NCBI GenBank assembly: GCA_016177405.1
Contig: JACOVG010000011.1
Location: 7,910 to 71,909 of the forward strand
DNA length: 64,000 bases
Origin: Candidatus Omnitrophota bacterium
GTDB taxonomy: Bacteria; Omnitrophota; Gorgyraeia; 1-14-0-20-64-10
Direction of reading: 5' to 3'
Below, one piece after another: positions 35,609 through 45,300 of the stretch. Made by a program: the position numbers and the translations under genes. Each line of letters begins with the position of its first letter. Position 1 is the stretch's first letter. The notes beneath the pieces are model-generated. The model was not told the origin of the DNA. It saw only the letters and a program-made list of their open reading frames with translations, and did not search any database.

Positions 35609-36188
35609 CGGAATCCTTCCTGACGGGCCCGGGCATCAGATACGACTGAAACAGGAAGACCCCCCGGTGGCGCATCGGGTTGTCGGGGTGGGGGCTAAGA
35701 ATCACTTCCCGCGCCCGGATCAGAAGGTCCGAAGACTCCACGGCGTCCAAGAAGCCGCCCATGGCGTGGTAGCCCCCCTCCACCGCCACCAGGATGTAGA
35801 GCTCCAGATACCCGCTGACGCCGGGTTCCAGCTTGTTGACGTCCGACGTGGGCTTGGAGGTGAACAGGTTCACCTGGGACCGGCGGGCGTAGTCGGTGAT
35901 TGTCTTCAAAAGCTGGGGAAGCTGCTCCTCGGGCGGCAGGGGCGAGCTCGGATCCGGAAATTCGCCGGAAAGCCGCTGGATTTCCGATTCCATGGCCGGA
36001 AGGCGGGAAAGCTCCCCTTGGAGCTGGGTGAGCTGCTGCCGCTGGGCCTCCACCAGGGGCCGTACCTCGGCCAGGGCCCTGGTCTGCGGCAGCAGGAAGA
36101 AGTTGACCCAGAGGATCAAGCCCACCACCGACCCGATCGCGAGGAGGATCTGCTTCTCTTGGGCCGGCGTCAGCTTCAAGTCCGCCAC
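35601..36188 (-). CDS. pilO: Type IV pilus assembly protein PilO
   Basis: N-terminal TM, coiled coil, LPPEEQLPQLL, VEGGYHAMGGFLDAVE. Confidence 0.82.
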   Translation of the reverse strand: MADLKLTPAQEKQILLAIGSVVGLILWVNFFLLPQTRALAEVRPLVEAQRQQLTQLQGELSRLPAMESEIQRLSGEFPDPSSPLPPEEQLPQLLKTITDYARRSQVNLFTSKPTSDVNKLEPGVSGYLELYILVAVEGGYHAMGGFLDAVESSDLLIRAREVILSPHPDNPMRHRGVFLFQSYLMPGPVRKDSDG

Positions 36189-36191
36189 CGG

Positions 36192-36917
36192 CTAGTTTCC
36201 AGTCGGATAAAGCAGGATGACGAAGGCACTCGTCTCTTCCTTTCCCACCTGCTGGTGAAAGACATCCTTCAGCTCCACCCCGGTGAACCACTTGGAAAAA
36301 TCGGGATGCTCCTTGAGCCTCTGCAGAAAGCGGGTCACCGGGGCGGCCGATTCCTTTCCCTCCACCAGGGCGACGCCGGCCAGAACAACGAGAAACTTCT
36401 CCTCCGCGGCGGGCTGGGCCGCCCCGCCGCCGGCCTCGGGGGTGTTGGGCGAAAGGCCCAGCAGCTCCCCCTGCTCGGAGAAACCGGGGATCTGGCCCGG
36501 GACAAAATCCTTCAGCTCCGACTGAAGGAAACCCATCGTTTCGCTCTTGGGCGTCTTCACGCCGACCAGGGCGGTAAACCACAGGTTCCTCACCAGGGCG
36601 TCGGAAAGAAGGTTCAGCCGCGGAGCCCACTTGGCGTCCGGCGACTTCATGGACGTGACGGCCGAGGCCCGGTTCTTAAGGTTCAGCAGGGCCTGTTTCC
36701 TCTGCTCAAGCCGCGCGCGCTCGGGCTCCAGGCCTTGCCACTCGCTGGTCAGCCGGGACAGCGTCCTGTTCTGCGCCTGATTGAAGAAGAAGAGGGCCCC
36801 GGAGTAGACGAGCAGGCACACCCCCGCCCCGATCCCAACGGCCTTCCAGGGAACCTTGACCCCTGGCCCTCTTCTTGTCCGCCGGACATCGGGCGGCAGG
36901 AGGTTGATCTTGATCAC
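36192..36917 (-). CDS. pilN: Type IV pilus assembly protein PilN
   Basis: Start (V)IKINLLP, the PilM-binding motif; TM; coiled coil. Confidence 0.82.
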   Translation of the reverse strand: MIKINLLPPDVRRTRRGPGVKVPWKAVGIGAGVCLLVYSGALFFFNQAQNRTLSRLTSEWQGLEPERARLEQRKQALLNLKNRASAVTSMKSPDAKWAPRLNLLSDALVRNLWFTALVGVKTPKSETMGFLQSELKDFVPGQIPGFSEQGELLGLSPNTPEAGGGAAQPAAEEKFLVVLAGVALVEGKESAAPVTRFLQRLKEHPDFSKWFTGVELKDVFHQQVGKEETSAFVILLYPTGN

Positions 36918-36928
36918 CCCGCCACCTC

Positions 36929-37936
36929 CTAAGCCCCCGCGAAACCCCGAATGGCCAATCCGATGGCGACCCCCAGACCACTGCCCCATTCCTCCAGCTT
37001 CTTCGCCTCCAGAGCGCAGGTCAGCCCCGAGGCAGGGTTCCAAGGCTCGACCGGCAACCCCGAGGCCTCCGGAAGCCACTTGAGGAAACCGGCGCTCCGG
37101 CTGGCGCCTCCGGAGAGCACCAGCCGCTTGACCCCCTGACCGAACTGGTTCTCATAAAAGTCAAAGGAGGTCCTGCACTGGGCGAGCCACTCCTCCCATT
37201 TGGTCTGAAGGGCTTCGGCGGGAGCCTCGGAAAAAAAGTTTGTCCCAAAGGGAATCTCCCGGCTGAACTGAAGCCGCTTGCCCAAGAAGAAGTTGACGAG
37301 GGTTCCCCGGGCGCCCAGGTGAACCAATCCCGCGACCTCCTGGTCCTGCCCCGCGGGGCTCACCTCCCAGGCGTTGGCCAAGGCGGAGGCCTCCAAATCC
37401 ACCACATCCGGAATCAGGTCCGCCCCCTGAAGAACCGCGAGGTGCGAGTCGACCAGATCCCTCCGGGCCGCGGCCAGGAGGACCTCCATCCGGTTGCCCG
37501 GCTTCTCTTCCAGGATCTGGAAATCGAAGAAAACCTCTTCCAGCTTAAAGGGGATGTGCTTCTCCGCCTCAAAGGCCAGGGCCGCCCCGAGCTCTTCCTT
37601 GGTCATTTTCGGAAACGTCGCGGTGCGCAGAACCGACTGGGCCCCGGAAACCGCGGTGGACAATTTCGCCCCCTGCAGTTTCAGCTCCGCGGCGAGCTCC
37701 TGAAGAGCCTGCGTCTTTCCATCTCCCTTGGGCCCCACCGGCAGGCAGACGGCCTCCTCCAGCTTAAAGCCTTTCGGCTCTTTGCTTAAGCGCACCCCCT
37801 TGAGGAAACTGGAGCCCAGATCGAGGCCGATGGAAGCGGAGGATGATTTGAAAAGCTTTTCCGCGAGGGTGAAGCGGGCCGTGAGACCCTGGAGCTGTTC
37901 CAAAAAGCGGTTTGACACCTTGGGTGATTCTACCAC
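36929..37936 (-). CDS. pilM: Type IV pilus assembly protein PilM
   Basis: IGLDLGSSFLK, EAEKHIPF, FDFQIL, VLLAAA, LSGGAS, AIGLAIR. Confidence 0.88.
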   Translation of the reverse strand: MVESPKVSNRFLEQLQGLTARFTLAEKLFKSSSASIGLDLGSSFLKGVRLSKEPKGFKLEEAVCLPVGPKGDGKTQALQELAAELKLQGAKLSTAVSGAQSVLRTATFPKMTKEELGAALAFEAEKHIPFKLEEVFFDFQILEEKPGNRMEVLLAAARRDLVDSHLAVLQGADLIPDVVDLEASALANAWEVSPAGQDQEVAGLVHLGARGTLVNFFLGKRLQFSREIPFGTNFFSEAPAEALQTKWEEWLAQCRTSFDFYENQFGQGVKRLVLSGGASRSAGFLKWLPEASGLPVEPWNPASGLTCALEAKKLEEWGSGLGVAIGLAIRGFAGA

Positions 37937-37942
37937 AACAAC

Positions 37943-37977
37943 AAAAAAAGGGTGCCAGGTTTTAAACCTGGCACCCT
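37943..37977 (-). terminator. Hairpin plus T-run (intrinsic terminator-like)
   Basis: agggtgccaggttt-t-aaacctggcaccct followed on the minus strand by a run of T; a related stem ggtgccag...ctggcacc lies at ~8576-8599 after the large modular gene. Confidence 0.6.
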
Positions 37978-38000
37978 GGGAAAAGGCGCTCTAAAGCGTC

Positions 38001-39812
38001 CTAAAAATCCAGTCCCTTCTCGCGGGGGGCGGACTTGCCCCGAACACCTCCCCGGCCGATGGAGCGGGCCGGCGGTTGGCTGCCCGCGGGCTGACGGGCC
38101 GGCGGCGGCTGCAGCACCGGTTTCTCGGGCAGCTCCTTCTTTAGGGGCACGATCACAATCGAATCGGTGCCCAGGAAAGGCTTGCCCTGCAGGGTCTTCC
38201 CTTTCAGGATCCCCTGGGTGTCGCCCGCCTGAAAGCCGGTCTTCTCGGTGTCGAAATGGGCCACGAGATCCAACAACCCGTCACCGTTGACATCCTCCGG
38301 CTTGACCTTGCCCTCCAACAGGCACTTCTCATCGCCCGTCCGCCCGAAGGTGAGCGATTTCCTGTCCACCAAAGCCGTGACATCGAAGCCCGGAAGCGAG
38401 AGGATCGCCACCGGGATATTCCCCTTGGAACCCAGGTTGACCGGGTTGGGGAAAGAGCCGGGCCTGATGTCGATGGGCAGCGTCAAGATCGGAGGCGGCA
38501 GCTCCAAATCGTATCGAGCCAGCATCAAGTCCGATTGGCCGGCCAGATTGCCCGCTTGCGCCATGGACTTCGATTGACCCGCCACGTAGAGCCGGCGATC
38601 GGCCACCCGCACATCCATGAACAGGTCGTCCGCCGCGCCTCCGTGGTAGTTGACCGACAAAACATCTCCGTTGCCGCAGTCCATCTCCAGCAGGAAAGCA
38701 TCCAGAGCGCCGCCCACCCATCCGGTCGTCTGGCCCACCGCGAAGAGGCGCTGGCCCAGGACAGCGATCCCAAAGGCCGCCTCATCCCCGGAGCCTCCCC
38801 ATGGCTTGCTCCAGATCAGATTCCCGGATTCGTCGTACTTCAAAACCAGGGCGTCGAACCCGCCGTTGGGACCCTTCTCCATGGTGCTGGTCAAATACAG
38901 CGCGTCCCCGGAGACGGCCAGCCCCACCGTGAAACGGGCATCCTGCCGGATCGGCTGCGGAGACTCCCGGTACCAGAGGACGTTGCCGGCAGGATCCACC
39001 TTCCAGAGCCCCACATGGGGCCGGATCGTCGAGCTGGTGCCGTGATAATGGGTGTAGCCGGTCACATAGAGGTGGCCGTTTAAAACCGCCACGGCATCCC
39101 CCTGGCTCCACATGGAATAGTCGCTCCTGCCTAAAACCTTCGTCCACAGGATCCTGCCCTGGGTGTCCAGCTTGGCCAGGACGGCGATGTTGTTGCTGCC
39201 GTTCGATTGGGCGTACCCCGCCGCGTAGAGAAAGGTCGAGCCGCCCTCTTCGGCCTTCGCCAGCGAGAGGAGCGATTCGTTCCCTTGGTAGGGGAAGAAA
39301 TTCGGGCTGGTCACCCAGGCCGCTCCCCCCAGCGCCGAGCCGGTCGGACCGGTTTTCGGAAAAGCGGCCAGCACCCCCTTGTGCTCCTTGTCTCCCATCT
39401 TGTCCACGGCCGCCGCCCAGCTGCGGCCCGCCGCGTAAACGCTCTCTCGGGTCGCCACGACGTCGCAAAAGACCTCGGAATTGAAGTGGCCCGAGGCGTA
39501 CCGGTTGGGCCAGCGCAGCGCCCACACGGGGGACGAGGTGTCGGACGCGTTGAATTTGGCGAGAAGGGCCTGCCCCCCATAGAGATTCATGTCCAGACCG
39601 CACAGGTAAATCTCCTGGTCCTGGAGAGCCAAACCCATCCCTCCCTGCCAGCCCATCTCCTGATTCCCGATTCCACCGAAATAGCTCACGTCCTTGAGCA
39701 CGGGACTTTTCGCCTCTTCGGCGTAAACGGTCAGGCCAAACAGAAGCCCGATCGCAAGGCCCACCGCTGTCGCGACGAAGAATCCTTTTAGGTTTTTCAT
39801 CATGGCCTCCAT
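38001..39812 (-). CDS. Secreted beta-propeller (SBBP-like repeat) protein with C-terminal IDIRPG domain
   Basis: Signal peptide; repeats LYAAGY..LAKLDTQGRILW, LYVTGY..WKVDPAGNVLW, VLKYDESGNLIW; DVNGDGLLD Ca-binding-like motif; start may be 39803 or 39800. Confidence 0.75.
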   Translation of the reverse strand: MEAMMKNLKGFFVATAVGLAIGLLFGLTVYAEEAKSPVLKDVSYFGGIGNQEMGWQGGMGLALQDQEIYLCGLDMNLYGGQALLAKFNASDTSSPVWALRWPNRYASGHFNSEVFCDVVATRESVYAAGRSWAAAVDKMGDKEHKGVLAAFPKTGPTGSALGGAAWVTSPNFFPYQGNESLLSLAKAEEGGSTFLYAAGYAQSNGSNNIAVLAKLDTQGRILWTKVLGRSDYSMWSQGDAVAVLNGHLYVTGYTHYHGTSSTIRPHVGLWKVDPAGNVLWYRESPQPIRQDARFTVGLAVSGDALYLTSTMEKGPNGGFDALVLKYDESGNLIWSKPWGGSGDEAAFGIAVLGQRLFAVGQTTGWVGGALDAFLLEMDCGNGDVLSVNYHGGAADDLFMDVRVADRRLYVAGQSKSMAQAGNLAGQSDLMLARYDLELPPPILTLPIDIRPGSFPNPVNLGSKGNIPVAILSLPGFDVTALVDRKSLTFGRTGDEKCLLEGKVKPEDVNGDGLLDLVAHFDTEKTGFQAGDTQGILKGKTLQGKPFLGTDSIVIVPLKKELPEKPVLQPPPARQPAGSQPPARSIGRGGVRGKSAPREKGLDF

Positions 39813-39819
39813 TTCAATT

Positions 39820-40164
39820 TCAATAGGTCACCGCTCCCTCTTTCTTGAGGCGCCTGGCCTCCTCCGGAGGGAGCTTGAAGGGCGCGGGATCTTGAGCGGC
39901 CCAGCCAGGTACTTCGTTTTTCTTCTCATCGGAAGCTGTTGTCTTGGCGGGCTGAACCTTGCCGCCCTCGGGCGCGAGCACCCGTCCAAGCTCCTCCGGC
40001 TCCGGTAAAGGCAGGAGGGTTTCTTCGCCCTTGAGCGAAAACCCGGAAGGGGGCTGACTCGGGTTGTGCCTCGGCGAAGCCCCCCCGAGGCCCCAGCGGA
40101 TCATGAAAAATAAGACGAGAACGCCCAGGATCAGACCCACCTGCCACTTGAACCGTCCGCTCAT
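39820..40164 (-). CDS. Small membrane-anchored hypothetical protein
   Basis: N-terminal TM; GGAGG ribosome-binding site; in operon context. Confidence 0.6.
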   Translation of the reverse strand: MSGRFKWQVGLILGVLVLFFMIRWGLGGASPRHNPSQPPSGFSLKGEETLLPLPEPEELGRVLAPEGGKVQPAKTTASDEKKNEVPGWAAQDPAPFKLPPEEARRLKKEGAVTY

Positions 40165-40179
40165 GATTCCTCCCGCTGA

Positions 40180-41469
40180 TTAATCCTTCTTTTCCTGCCA
40201 GACCAGCGACTTGTAATCTCCCGTGGTGGGGAAAAACGGCGGCGCCATCCGCCCGAAGCGGGGATCGTACTGGTAATCCTTCGTGTAACCGGACATCTTC
40301 TGCCCCGTCACCGGGTTAAAGGTCCCCACCGGTCCGCGATTGGCCTGGATCAAACCGCCGTAAACCGTGAGCTTGCCCTTGGGGGGTCTTTCCCAATAGT
40401 TCTCCACCCCGAACGACTTGTCGATCGCCATGATGGTGCCGTGGATCTCCAGGTCGGCAGGGGCCTCCTGGGGAACCACCACGTTCTTGCCGGCGACGAT
40501 CCCCAGGATGTCCTTGGAGTCGGGGTTCAGCCTCGGGTCGTCCGCGTAGCGGACCGAGTCCACCACCCGGATGTCGCCGCTGGCTCCCGCGGTCAGCTGG
40601 CCCTTCAGGGTGCCCTTGAGGTTCAAGGTTCCGCCGTCCACATACAAAACCCCGTTGGCCGGCAGTGCGACCACGCTGTTGTTGAGCTTCGCACTGGAGT
40701 TGGTCACCTGCATCGTTCCGTCCGAAAGCAGGGTCACGGCGGTGTCTCCCTTCAAGACCAGGCCTCCGTTTTGGGCGGCCTGCTTGGTCTGCTCCGGGAA
40801 CACCTTGGGATACTCCTTGGGCGCCACCCCCAGCTTGGGGGGCTCCTTGAAGACCGGCTGGCTCTTGGGGTTGTTGTCCCAGAAGCGGATGGTCGGAGCG
40901 ACCGAGCTGACCGAACCCTCGAACACCGGGCTTCCGTACATGGCCAGCTGGCCGTTGGTGTGGACCGGCCCGTTGATCCGGTCGCCGGTCACAAACCAGA
41001 CCTGCATCCCGGCAGGCGTCTTCTCGCTGTTCGTGAAGTAGGCGTACTGGGCGAAGCTTTCGGTCTGCACCGTGAGCCGGGTCCGCCGGACCGCCAGGGG
41101 GGTCGCCCGGGGGCCAGCCACGCCCCAGCCCTCAATGGTGTAGCGTTTCACCTGGGTGTTGGGATTGTTGTCGTCCGGATCGATCGTCACAAGGTACGAC
41201 CCGCCGTAGGAGCCCCGGCTCCCGAGGTCCTGCCAGCGGAAGGGCACCACCGGCTGCGTCCCCTGGGGAGGAACCAGTTGGGATTTCAGCCAGCTCAAGC
41301 CGTCGTCGATGGCCGACTCCGAAAAATAGAAGGCCTGCGTTCCGGCTTGGGACCGGCCGGCGAAGCGCTGCTCGTGGAATCCCAGGTTCACGAAAGCCCC
41401 GCCCAGGATGGTGACGACGGCCAGCGCCAAAAGAACCAGAATCAGAATGGCGCCTCTTTGGTTTCTCAT
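40180..41469 (-). CDS. PilX-like minor pilin with large C-terminal domain (DUF4900-like)
   Basis: MRNQRG/AILILVL prepilin leader without Glu5, QAFYFSESAI, GPVHTNG, GYTKDYQYDPR..PPFFP. Confidence 0.78.
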   Translation of the reverse strand: MRNQRGAILILVLLALAVVTILGGAFVNLGFHEQRFAGRSQAGTQAFYFSESAIDDGLSWLKSQLVPPQGTQPVVPFRWQDLGSRGSYGGSYLVTIDPDDNNPNTQVKRYTIEGWGVAGPRATPLAVRRTRLTVQTESFAQYAYFTNSEKTPAGMQVWFVTGDRINGPVHTNGQLAMYGSPVFEGSVSSVAPTIRFWDNNPKSQPVFKEPPKLGVAPKEYPKVFPEQTKQAAQNGGLVLKGDTAVTLLSDGTMQVTNSSAKLNNSVVALPANGVLYVDGGTLNLKGTLKGQLTAGASGDIRVVDSVRYADDPRLNPDSKDILGIVAGKNVVVPQEAPADLEIHGTIMAIDKSFGVENYWERPPKGKLTVYGGLIQANRGPVGTFNPVTGQKMSGYTKDYQYDPRFGRMAPPFFPTTGDYKSLVWQEKKD

Positions 41470-41481
41470 TCGACACCTCCC

Positions 41482-41775
41482 TTAAGGATTGGGGTTAAGC
41501 TCATAGCGTTGGTCAAAGTTCGGGACCGTGATGAACTCGCTCAACTGCGCGTAGCTGGCCGGAAACCGCCCGTACACCAGCCGGTAGGCCTGCACCGCCT
41601 GATAGATCGAGCCAAGCTCCTTCTCCATCCGGGCATCCTCGGCGTTGTTCCGGTACCGGGCGACGCCGAAGACCGCCGCGGCTGCCACAAGGCTCACGAT
41701 GCCGCCGGTGATCGCCAGCTCGACCAGCGTGTACCCGCGCTTATTTTTTCGACTCTTGGACCACCACATCGCCAT
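41482..41775 (-). CDS. Short type IV prepilin / GspG-like protein
   Basis: KRG/YTLVELAI cleavage-methylation motif; YRLVYGRFP. Confidence 0.75.
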   Translation of the reverse strand: MAMWWSKSRKNKRGYTLVELAITGGIVSLVAAAAVFGVARYRNNAEDARMEKELGSIYQAVQAYRLVYGRFPASYAQLSEFITVPNFDQRYELNPNP

Positions 41776-43075
41776 GGGGGCTCAACACATAAGTCCCCTT
41801 GTGCCCCTTTCCCCGGGCAAGCCACGGGGTCTGGGGAATCGGTTGAGGCGGCGCCACGACCGGCGGAGCCGGTCTGGGCGGCGCGGCCTGCCACGGGAAC
41901 CGGAAGGTCCCGTCGCGGATCTCCCGCATCCACCGCCCGACGTCCAGGGCGTTCAGGAATCCGGCCCCCAGTTTGCCGTTGTACTTGGAATTGTTCTTTC
42001 CCTCCAGGCTCTTGGCTTGGGTCTTGAGGACCGTCTCCACTTGAGAGCCCGTGAGAAACGGAAAGGCCGACTTGAGCATCGCCACCATCCCGGTGATGAA
42101 GGGAGACGAGAAGGAAGTTCCCGCCGCCATCCGGGTTCCGCCCCCGTGGGTCAACAGCTTCTGGGTTTGTCCCGGCGCGGAGATGTCAACGGTGCTGTTG
42201 TAGGTGGAGAAGCTGGCCTTTTGGCCGCTCTCGTTGGTGGCCGCCACCGAGATGACCCCCCGGTAGGCCGCCGGATAAAATTGCTGATCCGCGCCCGTGT
42301 TGCCGGCCGCCGCCACCACGATCACCCCTTTCTCGTTGGCCCGGTCGATGGAGCGCTGGAGCGCCTCGGAGTAGCCGCTGCCGCCCAGGCTCAAGTTGAT
42401 GACCGTGGCGCCGTTGTCGGTGGCGTAGTTGACCGCGTTGATCACGTTGGCCCAGCTCCCCGACCCGCCGGCCGAGAGGGCCGTCACCGGCATGATCTGG
42501 ACATTGGCATCCCCCGCCCCGTCCAGAACCCGCCCCGAGACGGCGGTCCCGTGCCAGTCCACGCCCGAGCCGGTGCTCTGGGTGTTGGTGGAGTTGCTGG
42601 TGAAGTTGTAGCCCGGAACGATCTTCCCGGACAGGGCCGGGTGGCTGGCGTCGATGGCCGTGTCAATCACCGCCACCTTGACCGGCGCCCCCGCTCCCAG
42701 CGTGGATTTCGCCGGTTCGGCGTAAGCCTCCGCCGGAAAGACCCAGTCCAGGAAGAGACCCTGGACGATCCCGTTGGGCTCGGCAAAGTCAACCTCGGGG
42801 AGCTTCTTAAACCGGGCCAGCATCCTTTCCACCGGGGTCTTCTCCGGAAAGCTCACGAGGTAGAGCGCCTCCGGTCCGATCCTCTGCTTCAGAGAAGCGC
42901 CGGCCTCCTGGATCAGCCGCTTGGCCGTGGGCTCTGTAACATCCGCCTTGAACTGAACGAGGAGCTCGCCCGGCACAAAAGCCGCCGTTTCCTTCTTTTC
43001 CCGGATGGCGTTAAACCCCAGAGCCATCCCTGTTCCCAGCAAGAGCAAGATTGCCAACAGCCACAGCTTGTTCAT
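41741..43075 (-). CDS. Secreted S8 subtilisin-like serine protease
   Basis: Propeptide FVPGELLVQFK; catalytic D (VAVIDT), H (HGTAVSG), S (GTSFSSP) and oxyanion N (AAAGN). Confidence 0.9.
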   Translation of the reverse strand: MNKLWLLAILLLLGTGMALGFNAIREKKETAAFVPGELLVQFKADVTEPTAKRLIQEAGASLKQRIGPEALYLVSFPEKTPVERMLARFKKLPEVDFAEPNGIVQGLFLDWVFPAEAYAEPAKSTLGAGAPVKVAVIDTAIDASHPALSGKIVPGYNFTSNSTNTQSTGSGVDWHGTAVSGRVLDGAGDANVQIMPVTALSAGGSGSWANVINAVNYATDNGATVINLSLGGSGYSEALQRSIDRANEKGVIVVAAAGNTGADQQFYPAAYRGVISVAATNESGQKASFSTYNSTVDISAPGQTQKLLTHGGGTRMAAGTSFSSPFITGMVAMLKSAFPFLTGSQVETVLKTQAKSLEGKNNSKYNGKLGAGFLNALDVGRWMREIRDGTFRFPWQAAPPRPAPPVVAPPQPIPQTPWLARGKGHKGTYVLSPHGDVVVQESKK

Positions 43076-43091
43076 CGAAGACCTCCTTGTT

Positions 43092-43646
43092 TCAGTTCCT
43101 TAGTTTGACCCGGGTAGCCAAGGTCCGGGTCTGAAGCTGGCCGGTTTCGGTCAGGGTGGAGGCGGTCAAAGAGATCTCCACCACGTCCGGCAGACGCCGG
43201 CGAAACGACAAAGCGGTGATGTGATTGCCCAGGATCTCCGGCGGATTGGCCGGCCCCGGCCCCCGGGGCGCCACCAGGCGCTGACAGCTGTTCCTGGATC
43301 CGGCCTGATAGGTGATCGGCATGGACCATTCCGCGATGCTGCCGTTGGCGTCGATCACGGCGCCGTCGCCGTTTAAGTCCTCCGGAACCTGAAAAGAGAC
43401 CGTGGGGTAGCTTCGGCCGTCCACCGGGACCGACTGGATCCGGCCGGAGGCGCTTTCGGTCATCTCCCGCGCCATCCGGTCCAGGGCCCGCCGCAGCTCG
43501 GCGGTCAAGACGGCCTGGTTGGAGCCGCCCGAGAAGGTTCTCTCGGCCGACAAGAGGGCCGTCACAATGGCCGCGGCCACAACGCTGAAGACCGCCACCG
43601 CCACCAGCACCTCTGTCAGGGTCATGCCGCTTTTGTCCATGGTCAT
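43092..43646 (-). CDS. Minor pilin (PilW-like)
   Basis: KSG/MTLTEVLVAV; RRALDRMAREM; C-terminal VKLRN. Confidence 0.8.
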   Translation of the reverse strand: MTMDKSGMTLTEVLVAVAVFSVVAAAIVTALLSAERTFSGGSNQAVLTAELRRALDRMAREMTESASGRIQSVPVDGRSYPTVSFQVPEDLNGDGAVIDANGSIAEWSMPITYQAGSRNSCQRLVAPRGPGPANPPEILGNHITALSFRRRLPDVVEISLTASTLTETGQLQTRTLATRVKLRN

Positions 43647-43649
43647 CGG

Positions 43650-44114
43650 TCACCTTTTGGTGATCAAGTTTGTGAATTGGGCCGAACGATTCCGGCCCTT
43701 CTCGGACCAAGAGACGGTCAGGCTCGCCTCCACCAGGTTCGGCGGATTGGTCCGATTGATCCGGGACCCCTGGTTGGTCTTGGCCACCCAGAATTCTTCG
43801 GTGATGGTCTCGTTGGAGAGGGTCGTCAACCCCTGCTGTCTGGCCCAGGTGCCCCATGGGGTGGCCGGGTTGGTCACCTGAAGCAGGTTGGTGGAAGACA
43901 GCCGCCGCATCTCCTCGAAAACGGTCCTGGCGTCGGAGGAAGCCACCGCCATGTTCCGGCTGGACTCCACCAGCACCAGCCCCGCCAGAAAGGCGCTCAA
44001 GAGGCCCACCAGCGCCACCGCCACAATGAGGGTGCTGACCACCACCTCCGATAAGGTGAAGCCTAAAATAGATGAACGGGCAGCAGCCCCTTTCACGGAC
44101 CACTGCCCGCTCAT
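43650..44114 (-). CDS. Minor pilin (PilV-like)
   Basis: G/FTLSEVVVS; C-terminal LTVSWSEKGR. Confidence 0.78.
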   Translation of the reverse strand: MSGQWSVKGAAARSSILGFTLSEVVVSTLIVAVALVGLLSAFLAGLVLVESSRNMAVASSDARTVFEEMRRLSSTNLLQVTNPATPWGTWARQQGLTTLSNETITEEFWVAKTNQGSRINRTNPPNLVEASLTVSWSEKGRNRSAQFTNLITKR

Positions 44115-44147
44115 CGGTTTCCGGCCTCCCTTAAGATTCCCTTGGCC

Positions 44148-44603
44148 TTATTCCAAAGGCGTGCTCCCAGGACCCGCGGGACCCACGGGATTGACCCGGA
44201 TCACACCGGTCTGATCCACATAGAAGCCCCGTGTCCCTGTCGTCCTGAAGGCTGTCGGAACGGAACTCAAGGTAAACAAATCGTTGCTGACCCTAAAATA
44301 CGTGAACCGATATCCCTGCTTCAAGCCGCTGGCCAGCACCGGATCAATGTAAGGCGGGTTGGAACCCGCGGGCCCCAGCGTCAACAGCGCGACCGGATAG
44401 GCCGTGGGGGTCTGATTGGCCCGGAAGCTTTCCAGCGCCGTCGAGATGGTCCGCATGGCCGCGATGGCCGCGGTCTCGTTGGCGTTGTGGCGAGCCCGAA
44501 GCATGTTGGGGATCGCGATCGCCGCCAGAAGCGCGATGATCGCCACCACGATCATGATTTCTACGAGCGTGAAACCGCGATTGGAACGTCGAAAGTAACC
44601 CAT
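44148..44603 (-). CDS. Type IV pilin, probable major pilin
   Basis: RG/FTLVEIMIVVAIIALLAAIAIPN; strong AGGAGGT ribosome-binding site and its own AT-rich upstream region. Confidence 0.88.
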   Translation of the reverse strand: MGYFRRSNRGFTLVEIMIVVAIIALLAAIAIPNMLRARHNANETAAIAAMRTISTALESFRANQTPTAYPVALLTLGPAGSNPPYIDPVLASGLKQGYRFTYFRVSNDLFTLSSVPTAFRTTGTRGFYVDQTGVIRVNPVGPAGPGSTPLE

Positions 44604-44611
44604 CTTGCCAC

Positions 44612-44743
44612 CTCCTGTTATAAAGTATCAAATTATCTTTTACACAAAATACACAACCCATTTATTTATAATGCCTTACAACGTCTCTAAAACTAAGTTT
44701 ATACATAAAGTGTTAAGAAAACAAGGGGCCAAAGAATTAATTC
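44612..44743 (-). promoter_or_regulatory. AT-rich regulatory region upstream of the probable major pilin
   Basis: Among the most AT-rich intergenic stretches in the window; no exact promoter boxes assigned. Confidence 0.5.
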
Positions 44744-45283
44744 TCACCGCTCTTCTCCGACGGGGGTATCCCCCGCCCCGGCGGGCCCCTGGGTGTTGAA
44801 CCGCACCACCCCGGTCTGGTCCACAAAGAAACTGCTCTGTCCGGTGACTCCCCGCCGGATGGGCTCGGCCGTAAGGAAATAGCCGGTGCCCACGGTGTAG
44901 GTGATGTTCCCCACCGTCTGGCTTTGCGAAGAGGCGCGGTAGTTGAACCGGTATCCCTTCCATTCGCCGAAGGGACGGGCCACCCCTCTGAACCGGCTGT
45001 CCAGATAGGCCGGCACCCCCCGGCGGACGACCGTCAGCTCCGTCAGCAAGGCCGGATAAACTCCCTTCAGGTTCCCCCGGGATTCCCGAACCCGGTAGCT
45101 CTCCAGGGCCTGGACAACCGACCGGACCGCTTGAACGACCGCCGCTTCGTTGCCCACCATGTACATCTTCAGCAGGTGGGGCATGGCCATCGCCATCACC
45201 ACCAGGATTACGCCAATGGACACCGCGATCTCCACCAGCGTGAAGCCCTTCCGGTTTCTCCCGAATTTCCTTTTAGTCCACAT
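44744..45283 (-). CDS. Type IV pilin paralog
   Basis: KG/FTLVEIAV; NEAAVV; C-terminal TGQSSFFVDQTGVVR. Confidence 0.85.
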   Translation of the reverse strand: MWTKRKFGRNRKGFTLVEIAVSIGVILVVMAMAMPHLLKMYMVGNEAAVVQAVRSVVQALESYRVRESRGNLKGVYPALLTELTVVRRGVPAYLDSRFRGVARPFGEWKGYRFNYRASSQSQTVGNITYTVGTGYFLTAEPIRRGVTGQSSFFVDQTGVVRFNTQGPAGAGDTPVGEER

Positions 45284-45300
45284 GGGCGCTCACCTTCCTT

